64,000 bases of DNA. Origin: Octopus sinensis. Taxonomy: Eukaryota. The stretch lies in the NCBI RefSeq assembly GCF_006345805.1, contig NC_042997.1, positions 135,780,001-135,844,000 of the forward strand, given 5' to 3'. Of this stretch, positions 38,041 through 53,046 are shown one piece after another; the stretch's first letter is position 1, and each line of letters starts with the position of its first letter. A program made the position numbers and the translations under genes. The notes under the pieces were generated by a model. It was not told where the DNA came from. It searched no databases and saw nothing but the letters and a program-made list of their open reading frames with translations.

Positions 38041-38175
38041 TACGACTTCCTTTTTTCCGTTTCCGTCTACCAAATCCACTCACAAGGCTTTGGTTCGCCC
38101 GAGGCTATAGGGCTATAGTAGAAGACAACTTGCCCAATGTGCTGCTTAGTGGGACTGAACCCGGAACCATGTGTT
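38041..38175 (-). mobile_element. Family A SINE, head half lacking the A box
   Basis: TTTCCGTCTACCAAATCCACTCACAAGGC...GGGACTGAACCCGGAACCATGTG. Confidence 0.8.
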
Positions 38176-38269
38176 TCCATACATATATGTATGAAGGTAG
38201 GTATGTTTGTATGTATGTGTATAAGGGGACAATTCACAAAAAAAAAAAAAGAGGAAAGAAGGTAGTGTA

Positions 38270-38375
38270 GACAACAAACAGATGTATTAGTATAACGCTC
38301 AGGAAGTGAAAAAGACTTTAAAGTTTCGAGCCTACCCTTTTCCACAAAAAGGAACACAGAAACAAACAAAGAGAG
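38270..38375 (-). mobile_element. Degenerate relative of pLTR-like family H2
   Basis: Shares ACGCTCAGGAA...GTTTCGAGC with H2, but the hammerhead core is decayed. Confidence 0.5.
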
Positions 38376-38472
38376 AAAATAGAGAGAGAAAATATAGAAT
38401 GTGTAGTGGCTAGTGATCTATCATGGCAAAATTATATACATATATATGTATGTATGTATGTATGTAGGAATG

Positions 38473-38506
<34 letters not shown>

Positions 38507-39006
38507 TGTATGTATGTATGTATGTATGTATGTATGTGTGTATCAATGAATGAATGAATGAATTAATGAATGTATGTGTATATCCACAGAAAAAGAAAGC
38601 AAGAGACACAGAAATGACAAAAAGAATAGTTCTAAAAAGTTGAAATTTAACACATATATCATATTTATAAAGTCGATATATAAGAAAAAATGATAGAAAA
38701 GAAGAAGGAACGTCTCAAATATCAAGATAAGTTATAGTTAGATTGTAATATGTAAAAAAAACTGTTGATATTTTAAGAGTGAAGTTGAGTATAAATATCT
38801 AGAATTATGACCAGAATACAAATTAAAATAAGATTAGGCTATTATACATAAAAGTAACAGAAATGAAATATATAAGGTGGACTATACTAAATAGCTGTTT
38901 ATCTTTTATCGTTTATCTTTCATTTATTTCATACACAGATGCACACACGCGCACACACGCATACACACACGCATACACACAGGTGCATATATACGTGTGT
39001 GTGTGA

Positions 39007-39064
<58 letters not shown>

Positions 39065-39264
39065 TTTTTATTCGAAATGTATGTGTACGTGTGAATATAC
39101 ACATTCAAATATAAAAGTACAGAGATAGGAGTCATAAGGAGAAATGAAAGCATAAAAAATCATTACTTACAATAAGTACGAACATATTCAAATACATTGA
39201 GACACACTAAACGCACATACATATTTCATATATATATATATAGATATATATATATATATATATT

Positions 39265-39549
<285 letters not shown>

Positions 39550-42500
39550 AACACATACACACATATATATGAGTATCAACGAATTTTAATTAAACTGTTC
39601 TGACCTATACATGTAATAAACAATAAATTAGTTGAGTGCTCTTCCTTCTTTTGTCCACTCATATGTATATATATGTGTGTGTATGTGTGTATATATATTT
39701 ATACATATACGTATGTATGTAACCATGTATGTTTGTATATATATTATACATATATATATATATATATATAAATGAAAATAGTAATGCAGTGAAGCTATAC
39801 ATTAGCGTCGTATTTATTACGTTCGCTATTTTCCAGTAAATATCGGTACTTCGTTGTGCCATTTATTTACTTTTATATATATATATATATATATACATAG
39901 TTCTCTATTCTTAGATTTGGTAATTGATAAACAAGAATAATAAATTAAAACTGAAGCAAAATCCGTTACAAGCTATGACACCAACAAATTCTTTGTCCTG
40001 ATGTCTTAGAAACTTCTAAGCTGAAGTCTACTCAAATATGAAGGATCAGAAGTGTACCGTGACAGTCGGCCAGTCGGCTTCCTTAGTAGGTTGTCAATTG
40101 AATATGATAAATAATGAAAATGGGCTATTTCATAAATAAATGGCGAAGTTCTACAACTGTAGAGGGATTGAGAGCAAAGTCATGAAAAAATTATGACAGT
40201 GATAGAAAGGTCGATTCAAAAGTCCTTTTAACTTGTACATGTGTGTGTGTGTGTGTGTTTGTGATCGCGCGCGCACACATGTATCATGTGTTTGTATTTA
40301 ATAACTAAGTTCTATTTGATAAACACAGCTCCTCATCGCTTTTGTGTCTTCGGTTTAAAATATCTCTACATCATCAGTTATTCGGAGTCACAGTGAAGAG
40401 ATTTGAACAAAAGTTTAAGAGGTATTCTACGTGAAAATATTTAGGCATCCATTCATCTGTGCAGGCTTCGTGATTGTTTTAGATGTCTCAGCGATATAAG
40501 TTATTTGGTTGAAAGCTTTATATGGCAAAGCTCTTGGTACCTAATAAATTGGTATTTTGTAGGATGTCGTATTTCAAACATGATTTTCCATATACTTGTT
40601 CACAAGCTTGCGAGCATGATGATGTCACAAAGGAAAATCAGTTGAAAATATAAACGTAAATATATAAAATAATAAGTGTATAAACGATGAAAAAATGTAG
40701 ATCAGAGAATTGAAAAATGCTCCAGGTACTTAGACTCTGAATTTAGTCTAAGGTGTTATCCAAAGGTGTAAGGACAAGCTCAGTCCTGCGGACGCAGTCA
40801 GAACACCTGATTTGTCCCTCCTTACTTGCCAAGACTTCGTAGTCTCCATTGCAGCTATCCATATCACGTCTTACAACCTTTACAATATTAACTGAGCACT
40901 AACCAGTAATCATGATGTTGGTATTTTGATATTTGGCGTGAATCATCATGATACAGGTAACTCTTTTACAATAAGCATACGCTTTCCCTTCTTCCATGTC
41001 AGTTAACATTTTATCAAATACAACCTTAATCTTTATACTCTCCAACACCTTTCTCTGTTATCCAACACACCATGGTGTTTCTGAAAAACGAAACATAAAA
41101 TTCGTCAAATTTAATCAGAACTTCCTGCTTTGTCTGTGTCAAAATATATGCAGTATACACCTACATGTATCTGCATGTTCATGTTTTTTCCAGCAAGCTG
41201 AACTACAACATACGTTGATACTCCTGAATAATATGTTTTACTTAGTGTTAAATACTCCTCTAAATGACAAACGTTAAAGTAGAATAATTTCAATCAAATG
41301 TATGAAATATGTATTCGCATCGATTTTTCTATATTTAGCACGAAAGAAAATTATACATTACATAAATCACAATGACAATAAAATATATTTCATAAATGGC
41401 TTTCTTTTGTTTCAAACTTCATGCGAACAATACAAATAATGTGATTTTATTGATGATGCAAAATTTTGAATGTGTATAATATGCTGTGACCTACATTTCT
41501 TAGGCTTTTGGTGTCATTTCAGATTGTTACAATGACTACTTACCTTGCGATTCTGTTATTTGAAAGTACGACTACGATTAATTAATATATGAGAATAAAA
41601 CCAGAGCCTTGTACTAACACATTTATTTCTTCTATTTCGAAATCAAAGTAATTCTGTATATTCTATCTACAGTTTATTTTACGATCCTAAAATTTTGCAT
41701 GACCGAAGTGATAAAAGTATGTCTACCAGCTGGAGATCTTTTTCACTGGAGTATGTACCATTAGTTAGCATATGCAGTTTTATGAAATGCAAATATTTGT
41801 TTCATGTTTCAGTTGACTCTCTCACCCAACCATGAGCATTACTGACTATATATTCCACAGACAATACTTAGCAACAACGAGGTTCTATATCGATAAACCG
41901 TTTGTCAGTAAAATTAAAATGTACTGTGCTAAGATTTTGTGTTGTATCTTATTCCAATACTAACATTTTTGTGTAATTTGATATTTGAATAGTTGATAAT
42001 GATTATTGTTGTATTCAGAAAATTAAAATAATTGAGTATTTCTCTTTGACATATGCCACAGTAGACTGCAACAGATGGTTCTATAAATTAAAACAGTTCT
42101 TACAGACATCGATAATCTATTTCAAACAAGACGGTAATAAGAGCTAAATTTTCAGTATTGTTGCATCAATTTAATAATGTTTATATAAATTTGAATGCAA
42201 CATACAAACTTTGTGGGAAATAAATGCTTATGAAGAAAATTTAGAAGGAAATAATTTTAACCTAATTTTCTTTTTCTTAATTACGAGTGTCACGTAACCA
42301 AACCAGCTAGAAATAATCTAAATATCCATGCAAGTAACATGAATTTCTGAAGACTATTTCTCCAAAATGTAATATATAACATTCAATGGTTTATGCTCTA
42401 AAACTTCGACGCTTTTGAGATTTAGGTAACCAAATATCTTTCAATATATTAGATTTATCCTATATTTGAATCTCCATGGGAAATGTGGATATAAACTTTA

Positions 42501-43149
42501 TATCATATCATTTCTTACCACAGACAAATTTGATATATAGAACTTGATTAAAACCCATCTAGTATTCAAAACAGACTGAATATAGAAGATATCTATGTAT
42601 CACTGTCGGAGTGCACATTAAGGAACGATTACAACGCTCCAGTAGTGGTTTTATAGTTAACTTTAAAGGCAACACAGCTTCATGAAATTATAGACTAATA
42701 AATTTGATTTCTCTTTGGCAAGTAATTATGCTTGGAGAGTCATCATATATGTACGTATACATGTATGCAACCATGCGTGTATATAAGTATTCACATACTA
42801 CTCATATTTACGTTTAAATCGGTTACATTCAGCATCATTGAAATGATACTACAACAAATTGGCTCTATACATGCATTAGTGATATAATTAATATGTTCCC
42901 GACTGAGAGCTGATACAAGAATATGAACCACGAACTTCAAAGAACTACTGTTACCTGGAGCAGATCACGAAATATTGTTATGCCTGTAACTATGGCAATG
43001 TACAAGGACATATACATGATATATGGAGAATTGACATAGCGTAATTTTAATATCTCATATTTGTCGTTAATGTAAACTACTGGATAGACAACACAAATTC
43101 AGTGTTGACGTATTTCATTAAAATTGATGTGTGTGGGTGTTTGTGATAA

Positions 43150-43575
<426 letters not shown>

Positions 43576-43619
43576 ACGTTTATATATATATTATATATAT
43601 ATATATATATATAATATAT

Positions 43620-43675
<56 letters not shown>

Positions 43676-43924
43676 TACGTATATTAATCTGAACTAAAAT
43701 TTCTTGGTACTAGTCCTTAGGATTGATACAAGGGAGATAGGAGAGACAAGCGTCATTTGAGCAGATGAGAGAAATAACTTGCAATTTTAAAGAACTGAAT
43801 TTTGTGTTCAACATTCAAGTTCCATTGATGTCACCTTTCATTCTTCTTAAACAACGAAATGCTAGCGTTAATTCTGCTCATACCTAAACACCGCTTAGCC
43901 CTAACACTTCATTATTTAATGAAT

Positions 43925-44228
43925 TTTGGGCTTATAAATTTAGTATTCTCCTATCCTTCCTTAATATGGTTTCCCATATGCTGATCGTATCTACACTCGG
44001 TGTGCTGTGTTCTAGCATATGTGTTGCTTCTTTTAGTTTTCGTATTCTCCAGTGGTATTCTCTGTCTATTATTTTAACTTCATCCCACAGGGGGAGGTGG
44101 TCTCCATTTTTCCATACATGATCAGCTATACCCGATTTATCAATATCTCCCCGTGTCACAGCTTTGCGATGTTCGTCTACTCTTATTTTGAGAGGGCGGC
44201 ATGTTTCGACTTTGTATAATCTACCACA
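43925..44228 (-). pseudogene. Penelope-like GIY-YIG 3' fragment, lineage 2
   Basis: CGRLYKVETCRPLKIRVDEHRKAVTRGDIDKSGIADHVWKNGDHLPLWDEVKIIDREYHWRIRKLKEA. The 3' end matches the copy at 15818. Confidence 0.85.
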
Positions 44229-44229
44229 G

Positions 44230-44264
<35 letters not shown>

Positions 44265-46439
44265 ATATATACATACATACATATATATATATATATTACT
44301 GTTAACAAAAGTTGAGATGCGTGGCGTTCAGTTATTCCATTAAAAAAATGCACTATATATGTGTGCGTGTGTGCGTGCGTGTGTGTGTATGTATGTGTGT
44401 ATGTGTATAAGTTATACCAATTAAATGTAACTTCATTTTCTAATTGTAAATTGATATCTAAATGCATATTTTCAAATTGTATATTATTCTGTTCGATTTC
44501 AGACTTTCATCATCAGGACATGGTCTACTGAATATCCTAATAGGATTCATAATATGGCTGATGTCAGCTCATGAACGTTGTTTTCACCTCTACATAATGT
44601 AAATGCCTTTGTTTTGTTTTTTTAAGTGAGCAAAATGTAAAATATGATCAAGTAAAGTAACCTTTACGCAGTCGCTACTTTTCGATCAGGAAACTACTCG
44701 ATCAAAATTGACCTGGGACAATAAAATGCAATAATAATATCATCATATCAGAAAAATTTAGCGGCAGTTCAGTATTTCCTGTATATGCATTAAGCAATCA
44801 ATAACTTAAATATTTTATTACTCATCAAATATGGAACACGATTATTCCATATAGCTTTAAACACTCTCAAATATAACATTACTGTGAATTAACCAGCTTT
44901 GCTTGTTGTCTGGTCCATTATTTTCAAAAATGTTGTGCCTATCAAATATCGGATATACGTGCGTAAAAGTGTTTTAAATGGCTAAAGGTTTAGATCACTG
45001 TTTCTATAGTACAAAACTTACTGTAATTAAAGAAGCATTTTAATTGAGATGAAAACAACCATAAGCATTTTAATTAATTGGCAGTATTGATTACGCATCA
45101 CAAGATTCATGCAAACATATCTGGAAAACGTCATTATTAAAAATATTTTTAACATTTCTATAGAAATGTAAATAAGCGAAAAAAGTGTTTATATCTGGAG
45201 GGCAATGTGATCTTCTGCAGATTGATGGTAATCGCCTGGAAAACTTAATCTGCGGTACAGTCTCAAAACTTACTCCAGCCATTCACTTCCTTTATTTCAT
45301 TTGTGTTTCTGCCTGAAGTCGATTTCACCTAAAGACGAGGGAAAACAACGCTTTCTAGTCTAAAAGCAGATCAATTCTCAACTACATAAAGACATAGAAT
45401 TAAACTGAATTAAAACAGATGGACACATTATTATAATTTTACCTAAAATCTCCAAGAAGTTAAGGAGATAGACAAAGAACATGCTTCCTTTACTTCCACT
45501 TAGAAAGCTACTAAGGTATCAGGAAGAAAGACTTGTTACAGATTTTGCTTCTCACTGTTTTATGGGGTCAGTTTTAATTTATAGATTAGTTTTATCAAAT
45601 CATTGTATATTTAAGGCTGAGAGAACAGGGAGCAGTATCTGTTAGGAATAAGGCTGAGGGAGTCGACAGAAATCATAACAGGTATAGTCATAAAAATCAA
45701 GATTTATTTGAAGGTATATCATGAGATTTGGTAAAGGAAAAACTTAAATCAAGATGTTGGCTGACAATTAAATGGGCTGGTCACTAGCAGACTATTGATA
45801 ATGAAACAGGGGAAATTTTATCATGTAGTACTATAGTTGAATATTTTAAGCAATACTGTTATATTGTATAAAGTTAAAGTTTAGGGTTATTCAGAGGATT
45901 ATTAAGAAGAAGAATTATAACAAAAGGATAACATGCTTTATGAATACATTTGAGTATATACCAAACTTTTACCATAATAGATGGAGGAAAAGAAGCTATC
46001 CAGAAATAGTTTAATATTTATACATACTATAAACTTAAATAGTAATTTATCAGATGGTATTAGTGAATATTGATCAATTGATATAAACATTATGGATTGT
46101 AGTTCCGGTGCATATACGGACATGGAAACTATTAGTATGCCTGCTGATGCAAATGCGGTTTTAAATGATACTACGATTGAAGTGGAGTTAAAAACTAACA
46201 GACGTGAACATAATATACTTGATAATAGAACTTATAATGTAACTTATAAACGAACAATGCAGTTTTTGATATACAAACAATTAGGATAGGCACAGAACTC
46301 ATACCTTTCATCGTGCGTCTGTTGCATGAGGTCTAACATGAGACTAAACAAATGTAATGTTGTCACTTCATGATCGATTAATATTTAAGGAAAATATAAG
46401 AAAGCTCAAGTAAAACTTTTCAGTTACCACCTTCGGAAC

Positions 46440-47260
46440 AATGCACACAAAATGTATAAAAGAACTCATTAGCTTAGGCAATTCCATATACTTCGCTGAC
46501 TCAATTCGTTATTCCCATGGCTCCTGTTACTATATATTATTTTACTCTTTTTCATACAGTTCTAATATTTCTGACATTACGATTCCAAATATGTTCGGTT
46601 TCTATAGAAAACAGTGGTGTGCCATACACATTACTGCACCTTACACTCTTTATTCATGAATAACCCACTGTTAACCTCGCTAAAGTCGCTATAAATACAA
46701 TGTCCGCAATCAACAATAATCATCCACGATGACTCTAGGAAAATCTTCAACTTTGATTGGCTCCAAAACCTCCGCATTGAAGTACTGCTAACTTTTATAC
46801 CGCTGCTCGAGGTATAAACAATATTGACTGTATTCAAAACAAAGCCATACATGAGGAAATATTCAATTACAAACACGCTTCCATTGCTACCAGACAATTG
46901 CGCTTTTTATGTCTTCTGCAACATCCACTTATACTCTGCTAAACAGGCAAACGAATCAGACTAAACTCCATTTAGTATTTAGTCAGACCTACACGATCCA
47001 CTATTTTCTTTTCTCATCATTTACTCTTTCACGTCCCAGTTTTCCCAAGAAATACAATTCTTCGAACATGCTTCACCACCTAGTTTATTCTTCTCCTGAA
47101 TACTCAATATCACATTTATTGAAACCTAACGTCAAGTAATTTCTAAATATGGAGAGGCTCTGACATCGACTGCTAAAATGCGGCCGTTTGTATTTGAGCA
47201 GCAGACTTTATGTGCCTGACGCCTTTTAACGATATGAACCAACGCAAGATTCTAAAGGAA
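46440..47260 (+). pseudogene. Highly decayed RTE-like LINE (tentative)
   Basis: YFADS near 46490 (YADD-like) and, near 47150, a stretch resembling the W.AL...R..WR..V..G C-terminus of RTE ORFs. Confidence 0.35.
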
Positions 47261-47949
47261 CACAGGTAGGATTCAAGTATGCTGTACTGAACACATCTGT
47301 TGAAGAAGAGTGATCGGGTCATTCGTACATGATTGTGTACATTAGCAATAACTTTATATAACTACAAAAAACAGTACACTGCTACCCCCGCAAGCACTAC
47401 CAAACGTTTGTACGTAAAAATACACATGTAATATTTACCATTTCAATTTGTCAAGCTGGTACTTTAATTGATATTAAATATTTACTATACTGTTCTTTTT
47501 TACTTCGTGAAAGAATATAGTTTGTTTAATAATACTTGAAAACATTCTACTATGCAACTGATTATGTATATATGTGTGTTGTATGTGTTTTGTCTGTGTT
47601 AGTTTTCTCTTTTATGTTTCGTATATGTTTGCTATTTTGTCTCTATTGACTCCTTCATATATTGTATATTGTGTCAATAATTTCGGTTATTGTTGTCGCA
47701 TTCACTGATCAACTTGTTTTCCTTCGTCAGACGAAAGCGATGTTGCGTTATATCTGCGTATATTACGAAACGTACACATATTCCGTCTATCCGATGCTGA
47801 ACGCTCCACTTGTAGATCTATTATACTTTGTCGTTTACTCTTTTAGTACTATTGCTGTGGAGGTTACTTCTTCTTTTAAGCACTCCTCTTACAGTGGTGC
47901 ATTACAATTGCCTACATTTTTGGGCATGGGCTTTTGATTCCTAGATATG

Positions 47950-48202
47950 TTATTGCCCCGCTAAGTTACGGGGACGTAACACACAGGCATCGTTTGTCAA
48001 GCGACGTTGGGGGGACAAACATAGACACACAAACATATACACACACATAAATATGTATATATATATATATATATATACGACGGGCTTCTTTCAGTTTCCG
48101 TCTACCAAATCCACTCGCAAGGCTTTGGTCAGCCCGGAACCATGCGGTTCGCAAACATGTGGTTCTTAAGCAAGCTACTTACCACACAGACACTCCTGCG
48201 CT
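47950..48202 (-). mobile_element. Family A SINE, internally deleted
   Basis: Body and head match family A, with a deletion between GCCCG and GAACCATG. Confidence 0.8.
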
Positions 48203-48280
<78 letters not shown>

Positions 48281-48374
48281 AATAACATGAAGGTGTATCT
48301 ATTGACCCAATTAACATATCCTCTAAAAATATAATGTCGTATGATACCTAAGGAAGTAGTACAAATAATTGCAC

Positions 48375-48672
48375 CTGGGCTTGGCACTAGGCCAGTATTT
48401 TGAAGGAAGTGAGGTTAGCGGATACCAGCGACCCCAGTACTTGACAGTTCCTTAATTTTATTAACCACAGATATGTGAAATGTAAAGTTTTATGTACATG
48501 GTAGGCAATTTTGAAAGAAAAGTAATTGTTGATAATAACGAACCCAGTACTAGACTGGTATATTCTTTTATCGAGCGCAAAATAATGAAAAGTAAAGTTG
48601 ACCCCGGCGTAATTTGAATCCTGAACGATAAGAGCCGGAAACTAGGCTTTCTGTTCAACGCTCAAACGATTC
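48375..48672 (-). mobile_element. Two overlapping degenerate family B SINEs
   Basis: The CCCAGTACT...TTTAT..A..GAAA.TGTAAAGTT block occurs twice. Confidence 0.5.
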
Positions 48673-49837
48673 TTTGAATATTAATTATAAAATATATAAT
48701 CATCTAAATCTCTTTTATATGATCCTTGCTAAATATAGTGAATGTATTATATATAAAACAGTCGGAAAATTCTTGGGTGTTCTTCAGTAAATTTCCTTTG
48801 AGTTTTTTTTCTATAATATAATTGTGTTTATCTTATCTCTAAAAACATGTGTAGTCGGACGCGTAATTTTGTTTGCTATCGAATTGTACAACTTCCTGGT
48901 TTCGTTTGGCATTACTAAAGTTTTTTTTTTTACGTTTTGCCTATTAAGTGTTATGAATCTCATACGCTTTTTATTTTATTTTATACGCAGGTGATTAATT
49001 CATTTTAATTGATTACATATATAAATATTATATTGGTAAATAAAAGAGAAAATAATACATCTAGCTTTGTATTGTTTTGCTGTTTGTTTCGTATGGAATA
49101 TTCGTTAGTATGATGGCTTATATGTTTCTTTGTTCCTCCAATCTTGTTAAATATTTTTTTATGAAGGTGAAGATGCTATAATCATTTAGAAATTCTCTGA
49201 AATAAAAACGCACACATTTGCTTCAATTTATAACCAGGTTCATGTAAGCTCTAATGACTAATCTTAATTATATGTTGAGAAGCCAGTTTCGAAGGTAATG
49301 TTAGGATACAATAGATCAGGAAGTAAATGTAGGAAAAGCTGAGATGAGTTTACATGGCATCACTGATTTTTTGTTTAAATCAGTGTGTATAAATTTAAAT
49401 GCTCTGGCAATAATGTTATAAATTCCCACTCCTTCCCAATGAAATAGTTCGCATATTGATGCAGGAAAGAAATATAGATAATATACTTTTACAAGAAGGC
49501 ATGTGATATATAGTTCACTTTACTATATAAATCTCTAACTTCTATACTTCTATACACATAGTTTAGACACATGGCTTATCTGTATATGAAATTCAAATGA
49601 ATAAAGAAGCAAATCTTATATTTTTTTCATATACGACGAGATACACACATAGGATATCGAATACTCTTATGTACATATATTCGGAGCTACACTGAGTGAT
49701 TTATAGATTATGTGCCATGAAAGCCAAAGCGATTAAATAATTATTTGATATGTATGCTCACAAATATTCATATTTGTGATATCGTGTAAGAAATGTGCAA
49801 AATACGGGTAATATACACATATGTGTGTTTTATCTTT

Positions 49838-50005
49838 AATTTGTTTCAGTCATTAAACTGTGGCCATGATGGAGCGCCAACTTGAAGAATTTTAGTCGAA
49901 CGAATTGGCCCGATAATTTTTATTTTTTTTTTTAGCAAGCCCAGTACATATTGTCAGTTTCTTTTGCCGAACCGCGAAAGTTAAGGGGACGTAAACACAG
50001 ACAGA
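49838..50005 (-). mobile_element. Family A SINE, tail fragment
   Basis: TTTCAGTCATT..ACTGTGGCCATG.TGGAGC...TTTTGCCGAACCGC...GGGGACGTAAACAC. Confidence 0.7.
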
Positions 50006-50010
50006 AAGAT

Positions 50011-50049
<39 letters not shown>

Positions 50050-50507
50050 GTCCCATTTTCTCAGATAGTAGAACGGTATGTCATGATACTAATTAATTTA
50101 TAACTCTTAAAGATCTAATATCTAAGTTTAGATGTTTTGAAGATTGCATTCTCCCTATTGTCTTGGATATGTAGATGACGGGGTCACTACTCTCATTCAT
50201 CTCTCGCCTCACTCAAGCCTTTGGTAATTTCTGGCTCGTCTGTCGTTGTACTATCCTTTTTTCATTCTACCCAAATTTTATTAGTGGAAACATTGTAAAT
50301 ATTTCCTCTCTATTGATGATACGAATATGTTCAAATATCTAACTAGTCCTTTATGACTGAGGTCTATGCAGTCATCTGATGAGAACGATTTTCTTTGTGA
50401 TGATGTAATGCTTTCCTTGATCAATTAAGGGATTCACTCAAAACGGTCATAATGAATTGACATTTATACATCTTTGTTACTTGTTTATATATATATATAA
50501 ATATATT

Positions 50508-50618
50508 GGCCTGCTCGCTCAGCCATCAGAGTGGCGTCATTTGAAGGCTAAAACAATGCGAAGTAGATTGTGACCAACGATGTGTAGCAACATCTGATAG
50601 CCCGGTCGGTCACGTGAT

Positions 50619-50622
<4 letters not shown>
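50508..50622 (+). mobile_element. Family E SINE, tail fragment
   Basis: Reverse complement of about 19295-19405. Confidence 0.8.
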
Positions 50623-50693
<71 letters not shown>

Positions 50694-50744
50694 TGTGTGT
50701 GTGTGTTGTGTGTGTGTGTGTATGTGTATGCATATATATCTGAC

Positions 50745-50882
50745 AGGATTCTTTCAGTTTCCGTCTACATGATCTACTCATACAGTCGTGGTCGGACCGG
50801 AGCTATAAGGGAAGAAATTTACTCAACGTGCCACCCAGAATCTTGTGGTTGGGAAGCGAATTTTTTACCATACAGCCACAGC
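50745..50882 (-). mobile_element. Degenerate family A SINE head
   Basis: TTCTTTCAGTTTCCGTCTAC...TTACCATACAGCCAC. Confidence 0.55.
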
Positions 50883-52497
50883 AGCGACTATATTAACATT
50901 TTTGATGTAATATATGGTCGTGTCAATTATACATATTTTGAGTTTTAGTAATGTATCAGATTTTATATAAAAATTTTACAGCAAAAATAAAATGTGTTAA
51001 GTAGATAAAGAGATGGTGCATTTGTTAAATATCTAAAAGTTAATCTTATCTAATAGCTGTTAATTTATTTAAGGCGCTCTTGTATTTCTAGATAAAATTT
51101 TTACCGGCGAATAGCATTCTTTCTGTAATTCGATATTTTGACGAAATATATAATATGTTGTTTAAATAGCAACATATTATTTTGTCGACAAGAAGTATGT
51201 TACACTCTGTTATATTCCTATCATAAAAAGGCACTTCACGTCAAATGCAGTTGCTTACTAATAGAATGTTGACATTTTGGATAATTAATTTTGACTACTT
51301 TCACAATGCAGATCAATCAAGAATACTTCGCACAAAGAATATTCGTGTGGTTTCATCTTAAAATTCTTCATATGTAAGAATCATGATGTTTACATGGATG
51401 TTACATAGAAGCCAACGTTATGTACAATACATTACAGTGAATCATATGCCATCAATGACTATTGTAGTCACTAGTACATGGTCGGTGTTAGGTAGAGCCT
51501 GTATTCTGCTGGAGAAACCATCTTACAGTATTCAGTTAGATCTTACAATACGTTCAAATAATGTTGGCTGTCGAAATGTATTTCGATTGTGTCATTTGAT
51601 ACAATAAGTAAATATGAAAGTCTGAGGAGATTGATTAAATGACTATGTCCTCGAATGTAGGTCGGAGTCTGTTCTGTTGGGTTCCAATTATATCAGAATA
51701 GAGCTCAGATAATACTTGGCAGCAAATTGCGATGATGAGAAAAGGCAAATTTTACGTTTGACTGGTACACATCTTTCAAGGCACTGAACAAGTAACCTTT
51801 TTTTTTACTGTAAATTTCACATTAAAGTCTACTTCACTTAGATATCTAGAACTATATGTAGCCGGTGCTACATTGTGTATTATGTGTGAGTGTATGACAG
51901 AGAGAGAGAGAGTGAATTAGCTAAACTACAGTTTGGAATGCCGTCATGCATTCATTAAGTAAAGTAGACGGTCGTAAATATATCTTACACTCTTCGCACA
52001 CAGAAAATAAAAATACTATCCTGATATTTCCATGGCTTGTTGAAGAAACTTCCGGAGATAAGTACTTCTTTCTCTTCAGCCAAAGAATTAAAAATTAATA
52101 GCAATTTCTCTGAAACACAAACACAACCAGGAATATAGCTCAAATGTATGTATTTCTTGACGGCTTCATGAATAATATTTAATACAGAAACATCGTTTAT
52201 TAGAAAATATGTTTTCGTTAGAAAGTCAACACATTGTAAATTATAATGTACCTACATTCTATATTTCACAGATTTTATAATATAGGTCGTTTGAGTTTGA
52301 AGGAATTTATGTGGGGTTGGGGATGTCTAAACAGTCAGTTCATGAATTTGTATGATTAACATTCTAATTTATCTCATGAAACATTAAAACCGAATCAATA
52401 CTATTGCAACTCATAAAAATGCAAGCTAAGCATTTATCAATATTTTAGCTATAGTGCTTTTATTCCAAGGATAAAATTTCCTCGATTTTTATATGCA

Positions 52498-52533
<36 letters not shown>

Positions 52534-52699
52534 TGTATGTATGTATGTATGTATGTATTATGTATTATGTATGCATGTATGTATGCATGCGTGCATCAAT
52601 TAGGAACACAATTAGTGTTTAAATGTTGTTCCCACAATACATCATGCAAATTGCATTTCTAATCAGTTTAAATTCTCATTAGCAAATCCCTAATGGGAA

Positions 52700-53046
52700 T
52701 TTATATAACTGTGTGACTCAAATCAGAGAGCGACAATCTCCGTCCAGACAACACCAACGTTCTCTCAACTATTAGCCGGAGATTTTCAAAATGAGAATAC
52801 TAAAAATGAACCCGACCGCTCTCAAAAACTAAGTAAAACAAAAGCAGAAAAATAATCTAGAACCCTAGTCCGGAACCGGATCGGTCCCAAAATCTAATCA
52901 ATTCGTGTCAGTCACAAGACCGAATATCCCTGGAAGTTTTATCCGAATCCATCCAGCGGTTCCTCAGATATCTTGTCTACAGACAAACAAACAGACAAAC
53001 ACGACTGAAAACAATGCCTCCACCTTCTCTAAGGCGGAGGTAATAA
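52700..53046 (-). mobile_element. Non-autonomous Helentron (HINE/DINE-1-like)
   Basis: Minus-strand 5' end TTATTACCTCCGCCTT-AGAG-AAGGTGGAGG (hairpin), a (GTTT/GTCT) tract, GATATCT...GGATTCGGATAAAACTT, and a 3' subterminal partial inverted copy GGACGGAGATTG..CTCTCTGA. The 3' boundary is uncertain. Confidence 0.65.

Noticed and set aside
45091-45290. Mariner transposase C-terminal remnant (similar hints near 40570 and 54500)
   Set aside because: Only faint, frameshifted resemblance to the SPDLAPSDYHLF region, with no TIRs found.
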